The notes under the pieces were generated by a model that saw only the letters and a program-made list of their open reading frames with translations, did not search any database and was not told the DNA's origin. This document shows positions 1 to 8,335 of a DNA stretch of 20,950 nt, piece by piece. The DNA comes from an uncultured virus (IMG/VR IMGVR_UViG_3300005764_000014) (taxonomy: Duplodnaviria > Heunggongvirae > Uroviricota > Caudoviricetes). Position 1 is the first letter of the stretch; every line of letters starts with the position of its first letter. The position numbers and the translations under genes were made by a program. The DNA is taken from IMG/VR virus record IMGVR_UViG_3300005764_000014; one strand, written 5' to 3'.

Positions 1-728
1 CCTACCTGCCGAACGCCAAGTGCATCAACGCCCCGGAGTTCGCCAACCTGGTCAAGGCCGGGCTGGCCGTGGTGCTGGTGTGGGAAGACACCGGCCGCGA
101 CTGCGCCCGCGGCCACGCCGGCGGGGTGGCTGATGCCACCGAGGCGAACAAGCAGGCGCACGCGCTCGGCGCGGGCAGCGCGGTGATCTACTTCGCGCCG
201 TGCGACTATGACGCGCCGCCAGGCGACCAGCCCTCGATCAACGCCTACATGCAGGGTGCGGCGTCGGTGCTCGGGCACAACCGCACCGGCATGTACGGCG
301 GCTACTGGCCGCTGTCGCGGGCGCTGTCCGCGAACGTGTGCAAGTACGGCTGGCAGACCTACGCCTGGTCCGGCGGCAACTGGGACAAGCGGGCGCAACT
401 GCAGCAGTACCAGAACGGCGCGCGGCTGGGCCCGTGCGAATGCGACTACGACCGGTCCACCCAGCCGGACTACGGGCAGTGGCCCCGCCCGGCCGCGCCC
501 GCGCCCGCTCCCGCGCCGGTTGCCACCGCGCCGTCGCGTACCGCCAGCGGGGCCTACCGGCATCCCCAGGCCCACCCGATCACCCTGGAGGCCTGGGCGG
601 CCTCCCGCAACGAGCAGGTGGCCACCGCCTGGCGGATCTGGGTGACCAACATGACCGGCGACGACCTGGCCGCGTTCGCCAAGCTCGACCTGCCTGCGGG
701 CACGGTCTTCTATACCGTGAACCCGTGA
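1..728 (+). CDS. DUF1906/GH25-like peptidoglycan hydrolase, probable endolysin (5' truncated by window edge)
   Basis: Frame is open from base 3 (YLPNAKCINAPEF...). Motifs VVLVWE, IYFAPCDYD, GMYGGY, WQTYAWSGG, QLQQY, CDYD resemble Rv2525c/DUF1906 hydrolases. A Pro/Ala linker leads to a short C-terminal domain, possibly a divergent LysM-like domain. Confidence 0.8.
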   Translation, partial: YLPNAKCINAPEFANLVKAGLAVVLVWEDTGRDCARGHAGGVADATEANKQAHALGAGSAVIYFAPCDYDAPPGDQPSINAYMQGAASVLGHNRTGMYGGYWPLSRALSANVCKYGWQTYAWSGGNWDKRAQLQQYQNGARLGPCECDYDRSTQPDYGQWPRPAAPAPAPAPVATAPSRTASGAYRHPQAHPITLEAWAASRNEQVATAWRIWVTNMTGDDLAAFAKLDLPAGTVFYTVNP

Positions 729-1162
729 CCCTGTCCCCCGGCGAGGCCGCGATCCACGAGCATGTGGCCGCGCACCTGATCCCGCCGCACCGCGGGCCCG
801 CCACCAAAGTGCCCACCGGGCCACCGCGGGTGTGCTGGAAGGAGATCAACGGCGCGCTGCCAGACTTCTGGGGCACGGTGCCCGGCGCGTACCTGATCAG
901 CGTCCGGCAGGTGCACACCAGGCCGAGCCCCGACGGGCAGGGCGACGTGTACGTGATCTACCAGCTCGACGGCAGCCGCGGCACCGGAGTGCTGGCCACC
1001 CGGGACGCCGAGGTCGTGACCGTGTCCGCCCACGACGCGGTCCTCAACGCGCTGATCGCCCAGGCCCGCGACCCGGAGGAGGCGGCGCTGCTTGTGCACG
1101 CCTACGCCGACGGGGTGAAGACCGAGCGGCTCGGCTTCGTGGATGACAGGGTGGAGCCGTGA
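725..1162 (+). CDS. hypothetical protein (145 aa)
   Basis: GTG at 725 overlaps the lysin stop (GTGA); GC3-rich codons; C-terminal part of track ORF 338..1162. Confidence 0.7.
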   Translation: MTLSPGEAAIHEHVAAHLIPPHRGPATKVPTGPPRVCWKEINGALPDFWGTVPGAYLISVRQVHTRPSPDGQGDVYVIYQLDGSRGTGVLATRDAEVVTVSAHDAVLNALIAQARDPEEAALLVHAYADGVKTERLGFVDDRVEP

Positions 1163-1458
1163 GCAAGGACATCCGGTGCCCCTACTGCGGGGAGAAGTGC
1201 AGGAACAGGTGGGCGAAGCTCCTGCACAAGTGCACGGTGGCGGCCGGCTACCGCGCCCAGGCCGCCGACCCGTGGCATGACCGGGTGCTGGCGGCGATGT
1301 CGTGGTGTGCGGGGATGCAGGCGGCCGGGCACACCCGGGTGCCGATTGTCGCGGTGATGGGCCAGCTCGACCCCGAGCACAAGATGCACGGCGCACCGGA
1401 CCCCCGCGCCGACCCGGTCACCGGGTGCCTGCCGGTGACTGCGGAGCCGCCGCCGTGA
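1159..1458 (+). CDS. hypothetical protein with N-terminal CPYC...HKC possible Zn-binding motif
   Basis: GTGA overlap with the upstream stop; GGAG upstream; 99 aa. Confidence 0.65.
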   Translation: MSKDIRCPYCGEKCRNRWAKLLHKCTVAAGYRAQAADPWHDRVLAAMSWCAGMQAAGHTRVPIVAVMGQLDPEHKMHGAPDPRADPVTGCLPVTAEPPP

Positions 1459-1886
1459 GGCGGGCCGCCGCCGCGCTCGCGCTCGCGCTCGGGCTGCTCG
1501 CGCTGTCCCCGGCACGGGCGTCGGCCGAGGACCCGCACTGCATCCAGCACGGCACCAAGCACGCCTACCTGTGCTACTACCACCAGCCCGGGACCGGCGG
1601 CGGCGTGTACGCCACCCTGCTGCTGTTCGAGAACTGGTACTACTGGCACCCGCTGTCGGGTGACCTGGTGGTGGACGAGACCTACGTGCACAGCTCCGCG
1701 CCCGGCTACGCCGGGGCCCACCGGATGATCCACTTCTCCGACCTGGGCCAGGTGACCGACCAGGCCTGGCTGGCGAACTTCCCGCACAACACCGGCCCGC
1801 CGGCGGGCAGCACGCCCGCGGAGCAGCGTTCCGCGATGGACTTCCAGTACGCCATGAACGCCGACCAGATCGGGCATTCGTTCTAG
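1455..1886 (+). CDS. secreted hypothetical protein (143 aa)
   Basis: GTGA-coupled start; signal peptide MRRAAAALALALGLLALSPARASA with an AxA cleavage site; aromatic-rich mature region. Confidence 0.75.
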   Translation: MRRAAAALALALGLLALSPARASAEDPHCIQHGTKHAYLCYYHQPGTGGGVYATLLLFENWYYWHPLSGDLVVDETYVHSSAPGYAGAHRMIHFSDLGQVTDQAWLANFPHNTGPPAGSTPAEQRSAMDFQYAMNADQIGHSF

Positions 1887-1895
1887 GCTGGTTTG

Positions 1896-2060
1896 GTGAG
1901 GCGCTGCATCTGCGTGCACAAGCGCCGCGCGCACGAGCACTACCGTCCCGGGCTGGAGTGCTCACTGTGCGGGTGCATGGGCTTCCGCTGGCGCTGGCTG
2001 CACTGGCGGGCGTGGCGCGTTGATCGCATGGTCAGGGATCTGTGGAGTCAGGGGCTGTAG
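1896..2060 (+). CDS. small Cys/His Zn-finger-like protein (54 aa, not in ORF track)
   Basis: Own translation: MRRCICVHKRRAHEHYRPGLECSLCGCMGFRWRW...QGL*; CxCxH..HEHYRxGxxCxxCxC pattern. Confidence 0.6.
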   Translation: MRRCICVHKRRAHEHYRPGLECSLCGCMGFRWRWLHWRAWRVDRMVRDLWSQGL

Positions 2061-2245
2061 GGCCAGGCTCGCGCCGGGTCAGCGGGGATATGCGCGCCGC
2101 GCCTGCTGCGAGCACCCGGCGGGAGCCTGGCGCTCTTGTAAGTACAGCACGGGAGCGCGGCCGGGGCTAGCGAGTCGTTTACCGCCCCGATGTGGTGGCC
2201 CCCCTGCAGCGGCAGGCCATTGGCCCGCCGCGCCCCCGTGCTGGG

Positions 2246-2719
2246 TCAGGCCGAGCGGGCTGATCGTAGCACTCGCCCAGGCCGGTGCCGGGCCCGCAGC
2301 TCGGCGGCGTGGATCGCCGCCGCGCCTTCCAGGCTCGACCGCCCCCAGGTGGCGTGGTAGTACACCGTGCCGGCGGGGGTCACCCAGTAGATGCCCTTCA
2401 TCCCGTTGCACGCCTTGCACAGCGCTGCGAGGTTCGGGTACCAGGTCAGCCCTCCCATGATCCACGGGGTGATGTGGTCGATCTGCAGCGCGTGCCCCGA
2501 GGACCGCGCGGTGGCCCCGCAGCCGACACACCGGTTGCCGTCGGCGGCCAGCACCTTGCGCCGCAGCCGGGCGGTGATCCGGTCATGCTTGCCACGGACC
2601 CCGTGGCGGACGGTGGCCCGCCAGCGCTGCCGCCAGCGGCGCGGGAACAGCAGCCCGCGCGGGTGCACGTAGCAGGCCGCGACCAGCAGCAGCGCGGCGA
2701 TGGCCTCAGCGGTGCTCAC
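2246..2719 (-). CDS. HNH endonuclease with hydrophobic N-terminus
   Basis: RRKVLAADGNRCVGCG...LQIDHITPWIMGG...NLAALCKACNGMKG is a classic HNH/Zn-ribbon signature; GTG at 2719 overlaps the upstream TGA. Confidence 0.85.
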   Translation of the reverse strand: MSTAEAIAALLLVAACYVHPRGLLFPRRWRQRWRATVRHGVRGKHDRITARLRRKVLAADGNRCVGCGATARSSGHALQIDHITPWIMGGLTWYPNLAALCKACNGMKGIYWVTPAGTVYYHATWGRSSLEGAAAIHAAELRARHRPGRVLRSARSA

Positions 2720-2877
2720 CGCTGCTCCGGGCAGGCGCAGCCGGGCTCGTGCACGATGAACCCGAGCCTGGTGCGGTAGCACGGCGGCACCGGGTCGGGC
2801 TTCGGCTGCCGGGGCACCGGCCCGGCGGGGGTCTGCCGCTCGCTGGCCCACCAGCGGTTCCAGCGTCTCGCGTTCAC
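2716..2877 (-). CDS. small hypothetical protein (53 aa, not in ORF track)
   Basis: MNARRWNRWW...PPCYRTRLGFIVHEPGCACPEQR*; GAGGA RBS; fills the traB-HNH gap with a GTGA overlap. Confidence 0.6.
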   Translation of the reverse strand: MNARRWNRWWASERQTPAGPVPRQPKPDPVPPCYRTRLGFIVHEPGCACPEQR

Positions 2878-2884
2878 GTCCTCA

Positions 2885-4759
2885 TCATCTCCCTGTCGGC
2901 TCCAGCAGGCCGCTGGACTCGCGCAGCTTGCCCGCCTCGATCAGCCGGTCCACTTCGGTGCTGATCGTAGTCAGCGGCATGTCCGCGATCAGCTCGGTGA
3001 TCAGCTCGCCCATGCCCATCGGCCGATTCGCCAGCGCGAGCAGGATCATCAACTGCCGCGAGCTGGCCGCCTCGGCGTCGGCCTGGATGCCCGCTAGCAC
3101 CTGCCCCGCCGCCTCGATCGTGTCGGCCATCACGTCCCACACCAGGCTGTCGGGGTGGCGGATGGTCAGCGACTCCGCGGTCTCGTACGGGTCGGCCAGC
3201 TTGTCCGTCCGCATCGTGACCTCGGGCCGGTTGTCCGGCCCGGAGGCATACCCCAGGCCCCAGGTGGGGGTGCCGTCGGAGAAGTACCGGGGCAGGTCGC
3301 GGGGGTTGTTCGGCAGGTTGACGTAGCCGCCGGTGACCGCGTCCCCGGTGCGCCCGCACCACACGTTCCCGCCGACCAGGATGGACCGGACCTCCTGGGC
3401 CTTCAGCTCGGCCAGGGACGGCACCTGGGCGGCCAGCCGCAGCCGGAAGCCGACCTTGCGGCCGAGCTTCAGCAGGTCGAGAATCAGCGCCGCCGCGCCC
3501 TTGGAGGCCAGCAGGATCGGGGCCTCGTCAATGGTGATCTCGATGATCGGCACGTCGACCATGAACGGGTTGAAGAACCCCATCCCCCTGCGCCGCTTGC
3601 AGGCCGGGCCGCACCGCCCCCGGCCGCAGTCGCCGTGCTCGCGGCACCATTCCAGCTCGCTCATCCAGGCCGACCGGGCGAACATCGCCTTGTGCAGCGC
3701 GGCCAGCCAGGTCATGCACTCCTCGATGCCGCGGGCGTAGGGCACGACGTCCCGCCAGGCGGGCAGCGCCTGGCCTTCCTGCGGGTCGAGGATCACTGGG
3801 GCGATGTACCCGGAGCTGGCGGAGATGGCCAGGGACAGGTTCAGCGCGGCGGTCTTGCCGCTGCCGTCGGCCCCGGCGAAGATCGAGTGCTTGACGCCGT
3901 CCTCGGGCAGGTTGTAGAACGCCTCGTGCACCGGCTTGCCGTCGGGGAACCGGCCGATCACCGCGCGGCCGGTTCGCGGGTCGATGCCGATGCCGTCCCA
4001 CAGCCGTACCGCGTCCAGGGTGCCCGAGTTCAGCAGGGTGAGCAGGCCGTGGTGCTTGCGCCCGTCGGGATGGGACTCCGCGAACGCCTCGGTGACCGCC
4101 TTCTCGAACGTGGCGGCGATGTCGGTGCCGCAGGACAGGATCTTGTCGATGGCGTTCCGCGCGCCGTCGAGGCAGATCTCGTACTGGACGCCGTTGTCGA
4201 TCGGCTGCGGCGGGCCCAGCCACGCCACCCATTTCTTGGTGACCGCGAGCCGGGTGAACTTGGCCTCGATCGTCTCGGGCGGCGGGGCGGCGGCGGTGGT
4301 GGGCTTCCACCGGTAGTGCTCCAGCCAGAAGCAGTACGGGATGAACCACCCGGCGAGGGTGACCAGCAGCCACCAGCCGGTGCCCAGCGGCATCAGCGCC
4401 ATCGACCAGGCCGCCGCCCAGGACACCCCGCCCTGGACGTGCCAGCGGTAGAACTTCTCCCGGTGCCGGGTGGCGATCACCACGCACACCTGGGTGCCGA
4501 GCGCGGCAAGCACACCCCACCACGGGTGGCGGGCGAGCGCGGCGAGCGGGCCCGCAGCCATCAGCGCCAGCCAGGTGAACGGCAGCAACTGGTGGCGGAA
4601 CCGGAAGACGTGGATCTCGGCCAGGGGACTGGGCCTGGTGCCGCGCTGCTGCGCGTCGAGGATGGCCTGCAGGTGCTTGGCGTCGGTGCCGTTGGCCGTG
4701 ACGATAACCGGCCCCGGCGTCTTGCGCCGGGGCCGGTCATCGGTGCGGGCCTTGGCCAC
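2885..4759 (-). CDS. traB: FtsK/SpoIIIE-family conjugative DNA translocase (Streptomyces TraB-like)
   Basis: N-terminal TM segments, Walker A GADGSGKT, Walker B IIEITIDE, LGRKVG arginine-finger region, AAQ motif and a C-terminal winged-helix-like domain. Likely start is GTG 4759 after AGGGGA. Confidence 0.85.
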   Translation of the reverse strand: MAKARTDDRPRRKTPGPVIVTANGTDAKHLQAILDAQQRGTRPSPLAEIHVFRFRHQLLPFTWLALMAAGPLAALARHPWWGVLAALGTQVCVVIATRHREKFYRWHVQGGVSWAAAWSMALMPLGTGWWLLVTLAGWFIPYCFWLEHYRWKPTTAAAPPPETIEAKFTRLAVTKKWVAWLGPPQPIDNGVQYEICLDGARNAIDKILSCGTDIAATFEKAVTEAFAESHPDGRKHHGLLTLLNSGTLDAVRLWDGIGIDPRTGRAVIGRFPDGKPVHEAFYNLPEDGVKHSIFAGADGSGKTAALNLSLAISASSGYIAPVILDPQEGQALPAWRDVVPYARGIEECMTWLAALHKAMFARSAWMSELEWCREHGDCGRGRCGPACKRRRGMGFFNPFMVDVPIIEITIDEAPILLASKGAAALILDLLKLGRKVGFRLRLAAQVPSLAELKAQEVRSILVGGNVWCGRTGDAVTGGYVNLPNNPRDLPRYFSDGTPTWGLGYASGPDNRPEVTMRTDKLADPYETAESLTIRHPDSLVWDVMADTIEAAGQVLAGIQADAEAASSRQLMILLALANRPMGMGELITELIADMPLTTISTEVDRLIEAGKLRESSGLLEPTGR

Positions 4760-4766
4760 CGGTCCC

Positions 4767-5660
4767 CTACGTGGTGTGGAAGGCCGGCTCCGCGGCCTGC
4801 TCACCGGACGCCGCCACGGCCTCGTGGGTGGGCCCGTAGGTGTTGGTGACCCGGTCATGCAGCCCGGCGGCCAGATCCTTCACCCGGTTCAGGTTCTCCT
4901 TGACCTCGGCGCAGGCACGGGCCAGGTCCGCGCCGATGCCCAGGGTGGTGCCGTCGGTGGGGATGAGCCCGCCGAGCTGGTCGATCAGCGGGCCGATCTG
5001 CTCCAGCGCGGACACGTCCAGGCTGTCGGCGGCCTGGGCGACCTGCTCGCTGCTCTTGACGACCTCCTCGTAGCTGGCGTCCGACCCGCCGCCGCCGCCG
5101 TTGCCCGGTGCTCCGTTGCTCTCACTCACTGGTGTACCTCCGTTGGTTGATCCGTTTCCTTGCCCCGTCTGTGTTGGTGTCACCCAGCCGCCGAGTGGCC
5201 CGTACTCCTCCCAGGTGAGCGGGACCGCGCGCCGGCCGGGTGTCTTGCCGTCGGCCAGCGGCGGCCCGTCCGGGTTCTCGCTGCGGCGCTGGTGCCCCTG
5301 GGCGGTGACCGCCTGCCAGTGCTGCCGCGCCTCGTCCCACAGCTTCCGCCGCTCGGCCGACCGCTTGGCCTCGTCCCGGTGGGCGGTCGCCCGGGTGGTT
5401 GACAGGACGTGGTGGTGGTCGTTCATCCCGGCGCGGAACCCCTCGCGGGTGACCGGGAAGCCGTGCCGGATCTCGTTCATCCACCACCCGGTGGTCGCCT
5501 GGCGGGCGGCGCGGCGGGCGTTGCTGTTCCGGTCGTAGTGCCCGCCCCGGGCGGTCGCCCGGGTGCGGGCGGCGGTGCGCTGCCTGCCGACCGCCGTGGT
5601 GGACGCCCCCCAGGCCTGGGTGATCGCGTAGCACAGCCCGATGAAAAACAGCAGTTCCAT
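4767..5660 (-). CDS. TraA-like transfer protein (hydrophobic N-terminus, helical C-terminal domain)
   Basis: Directly upstream of traB. The C-terminus (TYGPTHEAVAASGEQAAEPAFHTT) resembles, from recall, proteins preceding traB in actinomycete elements. Internal GGAGG-N7-GTG at 5129. Confidence 0.6.
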   Translation of the reverse strand: MELLFFIGLCYAITQAWGASTTAVGRQRTAARTRATARGGHYDRNSNARRAARQATTGWWMNEIRHGFPVTREGFRAGMNDHHHVLSTTRATAHRDEAKRSAERRKLWDEARQHWQAVTAQGHQRRSENPDGPPLADGKTPGRRAVPLTWEEYGPLGGWVTPTQTGQGNGSTNGGTPVSESNGAPGNGGGGGSDASYEEVVKSSEQVAQAADSLDVSALEQIGPLIDQLGGLIPTDGTTLGIGADLARACAEVKENLNRVKDLAAGLHDRVTNTYGPTHEAVAASGEQAAEPAFHTT

Positions 5661-5661
5661 G

Positions 5662-6081
5662 TCAGCCTCCGGTGCTGATCGAGGTCGACGCCTGCGACAC
5701 CGTGGACGGCAGGCTGTTCAGCGCGGCGAACGGGGTGGCCGCCGCCGCGACCAGCACGCCGAGCACGATGGCGATGTAGAAGTTGTGGCCCTTGCCCGAA
5801 TGCCGGGGCATCGAGTGGTGTACGAACAGGAAGATCAGCACGGCGACGATGGCGGCGAAGATCGCCGCTGCGGAGTAGCCGAGGATCTGCGCGCCCAGCT
5901 TGCCGATCAGCCCGGCCGTGAACATGAGGACGCGGGCCAGGATGCCGACCAGGCGGCCGGTGGTGCCGACGGTCACGATGCCGATGAACACCACGATCGG
6001 GGCGGCTTTCTTGAACCGGCCCAGGGCGTGGGCGGTGATGGCGAGGGCGATGGCGATTAGCCCCCATTCAGCCGGTGTCAT
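5662..6081 (-). CDS. multi-pass membrane protein, Spd-like
   Basis: 139 aa with about 4 hydrophobic helices; in the tra operon. Confidence 0.7.
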   Translation of the reverse strand: MTPAEWGLIAIALAITAHALGRFKKAAPIVVFIGIVTVGTTGRLVGILARVLMFTAGLIGKLGAQILGYSAAAIFAAIVAVLIFLFVHHSMPRHSGKGHNFYIAIVLGVLVAAAATPFAALNSLPSTVSQASTSISTGG

Positions 6082-6090
6082 GGTCAGCTC

Positions 6091-6492
6091 CTAGATCACT
6101 CCGGTCAGGACCAGCACGGTGACGGTCAGCACCGTGAGGCACAGCAGCAGCTTGGGCGGTGAGTCCCCGGACCACACCAGCAGGTAGGCCAGCGGCGCGA
6201 CCGCGAAGGCGTGCACCGCGCCGTAGGCCAGCCGGGGCCAGCGCAGCGCCCCGGCGGAGTAGTACTCCGCGGCGGTGCGGTGCATCGCCCACAGCGCCAT
6301 GATCGAGGGCGGCGCGGCGTGGACCACCGAGGCACCGGACAGCGCGCCGTTCAGCACCCGGTCGATCGTGCCGGCGGTGAGGGAGCCGACCCGCTGCGGC
6401 CGGTCCTCTCGCGCGCGGGCGCGTGTGTGCGCGTTGATCCCCGGGATTTCCTCCTCGGTCGGGCGGACGGGCAGGTCGACGGGCGCGGTCAT
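6091..6492 (-). CDS. membrane protein, Spd-like
   Basis: 133 aa with two C-terminal hydrophobic helices; ATGA-coupled to the upstream gene. Confidence 0.7.
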   Translation of the reverse strand: MTAPVDLPVRPTEEEIPGINAHTRARAREDRPQRVGSLTAGTIDRVLNGALSGASVVHAAPPSIMALWAMHRTAAEYYSAGALRWPRLAYGAVHAFAVAPLAYLLVWSGDSPPKLLLCLTVLTVTVLVLTGVI

Positions 6493-6728
6493 GCGGCTCT
6501 CCCCTCGGTGCCGGCGGCCAGGCCGGCGAGGAACGTGGCGGCCTGGTGCATCAGCGCCTGGCGGTCGGCGGAGCGGGCGGCGGTGGCCCGGAACCAGTCG
6601 TAGGCGGTGGCGAGCTGCGCCTCACCGGTCGGCGCGGCCTGGAGCTGGTCCCGCCAGCGCTCGGGCCGGGCGTCACAGCGGCGCGGCTGCCGGGTGCCGT
6701 CGGCCAGCAGGCGGCGGTGGCCAGCCAT
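6489..6728 (-). CDS. hypothetical protein (79 aa)
   Basis: ATG at 6728 in a TGATG overlap; MAGHRRLL...EGRAA. Confidence 0.65.
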   Translation of the reverse strand: MAGHRRLLADGTRQPRRCDARPERWRDQLQAAPTGEAQLATAYDWFRATAARSADRQALMHQAATFLAGLAAGTEGRAA

Positions 6729-6907
6729 CAGTCCCACCATCCTTCCGGTGCGGTGATCACGATCAGCCATGGCCAGCGGGCTTCGATCTGGGCCCAGGCC
6801 CGGCGGCCGATGATCAGCATCAGCCCGGCCAGGATGGCCGCCGGGATAACGATCATCGCCCCCTGCACGAACATGATCAGCATGAACTCCAGCAGCAGCC
6901 CGATCAT
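6728..6907 (-). CDS. small membrane protein (59 aa, not in ORF track)
   Basis: MIGLLLEFMLIMFVQGAMIVIPAAILAGLMLIIGRRAWAQ...WWD*; coupled at both ends. Confidence 0.65.
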   Translation of the reverse strand: MIGLLLEFMLIMFVQGAMIVIPAAILAGLMLIIGRRAWAQIEARWPWLIVITAPEGWWD

Positions 6908-7095
6908 GCGGCCCTCATCTCATACCGGCCCGAGCGGACCTTGAAGTCCGGCCAGGTGTCCCGGTCCCAGCCGTCGGCCGACAGCCAGTTCTGCGCGGCG
7001 CGCTGCAGCCCGTCGGGAACGTCCCGCTCGTCCAGCCGGATGGTGGCAACATGGCGGCCGGAATCGGTCTCGATGTGTGCCTCACGCTCTGCCAT
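6904..7095 (-). CDS. hypothetical protein (63 aa), first gene of the tra operon
   Basis: GGGAGG RBS, then ATG 7095 (MAEREAHIETD...). Confidence 0.65.
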   Translation of the reverse strand: MAEREAHIETDSGRHVATIRLDERDVPDGLQRAAQNWLSADGWDRDTWPDFKVRSGRYEMRAA

Positions 7096-7179
7096 CGCCG
7101 CCTCCCTCACGGTCACGGGTAGACACCTGAGTGTACGCTCTTTGTCGGTACAAGTCCCTACAGCGGGGAGGTAATTCCG
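7096..7179. promoter_or_regulatory. divergent tra/GntR control region with GT-N4-AC operator-like sites
   Basis: TTGT-CGGT-ACAA at 7142-7153 and AGT-CCCT-ACAG at 7153-7163; matches the GT-N4-AC core of HutC-subfamily operators; GGGGAGG RBS for the GntR gene. Confidence 0.55.
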
Positions 7180-7923
7180 GTGGCCCTGTGGAAAACAGTC
7201 GCCCAGGCGCTGGAAGACGACATCACCAGCGGCAAGCACAGCCCGGGTGACGAGCTGCCGTCCGAAGCCGAACTCGCCCGCGAGCACGGGGTGTCCCGCA
7301 ACACCGTGCGCCGGGCGCTGGAGCACCTGACCACCCGCGGCCTGATCCGCGGTGAGGGCACCGCCCGGCGGCGGGTGGCCGAGCGGGTGCTGCTGGAGAT
7401 CCACGTCACCCGGCCGGCCTCGCGGGTGGCTGGTGGCCAGTCACCCACCCCGGGCGCGGACTCGTGGGCGCACGACGTCGCCGCGCTCGGCCTGGAGGCG
7501 GGCGTTGAGCTGTCAGTGTGGGCGGCCGAGGCGGGCGGCATGGCCGGGTGGCTGGAACTGGACCCCCGCGACCAGGTAGTCGTGCGTGAGCAGCTCCGCA
7601 CGGCGGCCGGCCGGCCGCATAACCTCGCGGCCTGGTGGTTCCCCCGGCTGATAGCGGCGGGCACCAAGCTGGTCTACCCCGACGACATCACCGAGGGCTC
7701 GGTCCCCTACCTGGGTGGCATCGGGTACGCCCCGGTCACGTTCACCGTGGAGATCGAGGCCCGGATGCCGACCGTGCATGAGGCGGGCCGGCTGCTGATC
7801 GCTCCTGGCGTGCCGGTGCTGGTGGAGTACCGCACCGGGGCCACCCAGTTCAGCCGGCAGGTGGTGTTTTGCTCGGTCACCATCTGGCCGGGGGACCGCA
7901 CCCGGCTGCTGGTGGACCTGTGA
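7180..7923 (+). CDS. GntR-family (HutC/UTRA) repressor, KorSA/TraR-like
   Basis: PGDELPSEAELAREHGVSRNTVRRALEHL is a GntR wHTH, followed by a UTRA-like C-terminus; divergent from the tra operon as in Streptomyces plasmids/AICEs. Confidence 0.9.
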   Translation: MALWKTVAQALEDDITSGKHSPGDELPSEAELAREHGVSRNTVRRALEHLTTRGLIRGEGTARRRVAERVLLEIHVTRPASRVAGGQSPTPGADSWAHDVAALGLEAGVELSVWAAEAGGMAGWLELDPRDQVVVREQLRTAAGRPHNLAAWWFPRLIAAGTKLVYPDDITEGSVPYLGGIGYAPVTFTVEIEARMPTVHEAGRLLIAPGVPVLVEYRTGATQFSRQVVFCSVTIWPGDRTRLLVDL

Positions 7924-8150
7924 GCGCGCTGCTGGCCGGCGACCGGGTCGAGGTCACCGGCGAGGGCTACGGGCGGGTGGTATCCGCGCTGCGGGACTGG
8001 AGCATGGGGGAGTGTGACGCCGCCTGGCACCACGCGGCCGGTGGCCAGCCGCCGATGCTCATCACAGTCACCCTGGACAGCGGGCGCACGGTCGCGCGGC
8101 TGCCAGGCGACGTCAGGCGGTTGGCGCAGTGCGGGACCTGCGACCCCTGA
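7920..8150 (+). CDS. hypothetical protein (76 aa)
   Basis: GTGA-coupled to the GntR gene; MSALLAGDRVEVTGEGYGRVV... Confidence 0.6.
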   Translation: MSALLAGDRVEVTGEGYGRVVSALRDWSMGECDAAWHHAAGGQPPMLITVTLDSGRTVARLPGDVRRLAQCGTCDP

Positions 8151-8322
8151 TCCGCGCTACCGCGATCGACGCGGCTGCCGCGACCGCGCCCGCGGCGAGG
8201 ATCGCGCCCGAGCCGCTCAGCGCGAAGATGTGCAGCAGGCCCAGGCCGTGGTAGTGCATCGGGCCGTCGCCTACCGGGCCGCCGTGGAAGTGCATCGCAG
8301 TGACGCCGTGATGGAACATCAT
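8113..8322 (-). CDS. small Met/His-repeat membrane peptide (69 aa)
   Basis: GGAGGA-N8-ATG; MMFHHGVTAMHFHGGPVGDGPMHYHG, then a hydrophobic helix and an Arg-rich tail. Confidence 0.65.
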   Translation of the reverse strand: MMFHHGVTAMHFHGGPVGDGPMHYHGLGLLHIFALSGSGAILAAGAVAAAASIAVARIRGRRSRTAPTA

Positions 8323-8335
8323 CCGGGGGCTCCTC

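Noticed and set aside
2061..2245. Possible CDS or clt array downstream of the HNH gene
   Set aside because: No convincing RBS or ORF, and I could not see tandem 8-bp TraB-recognition repeats.
3155..4849. 564-aa plus-strand ORF and many other long antisense or alternate-frame ORFs in the track
   Set aside because: Typical high-GC shadow ORFs opposite well-supported genes; Arg/Gly/Pro-rich, with no RBS or motifs.
4760..4858. traB start at 4858 as given in the ORF track
   Set aside because: It overlaps the upstream gene by 92 nt; GTG 4759 follows that gene's stop and has an RBS.
2885..5660. Type VII secretion interpretation (EccC-like FtsK plus WXG100-like helical protein)
   Set aside because: A single ATPase domain with a C-terminal wHTH, no WXG motif, and Kor/Spd neighbours fit TraB conjugation better.
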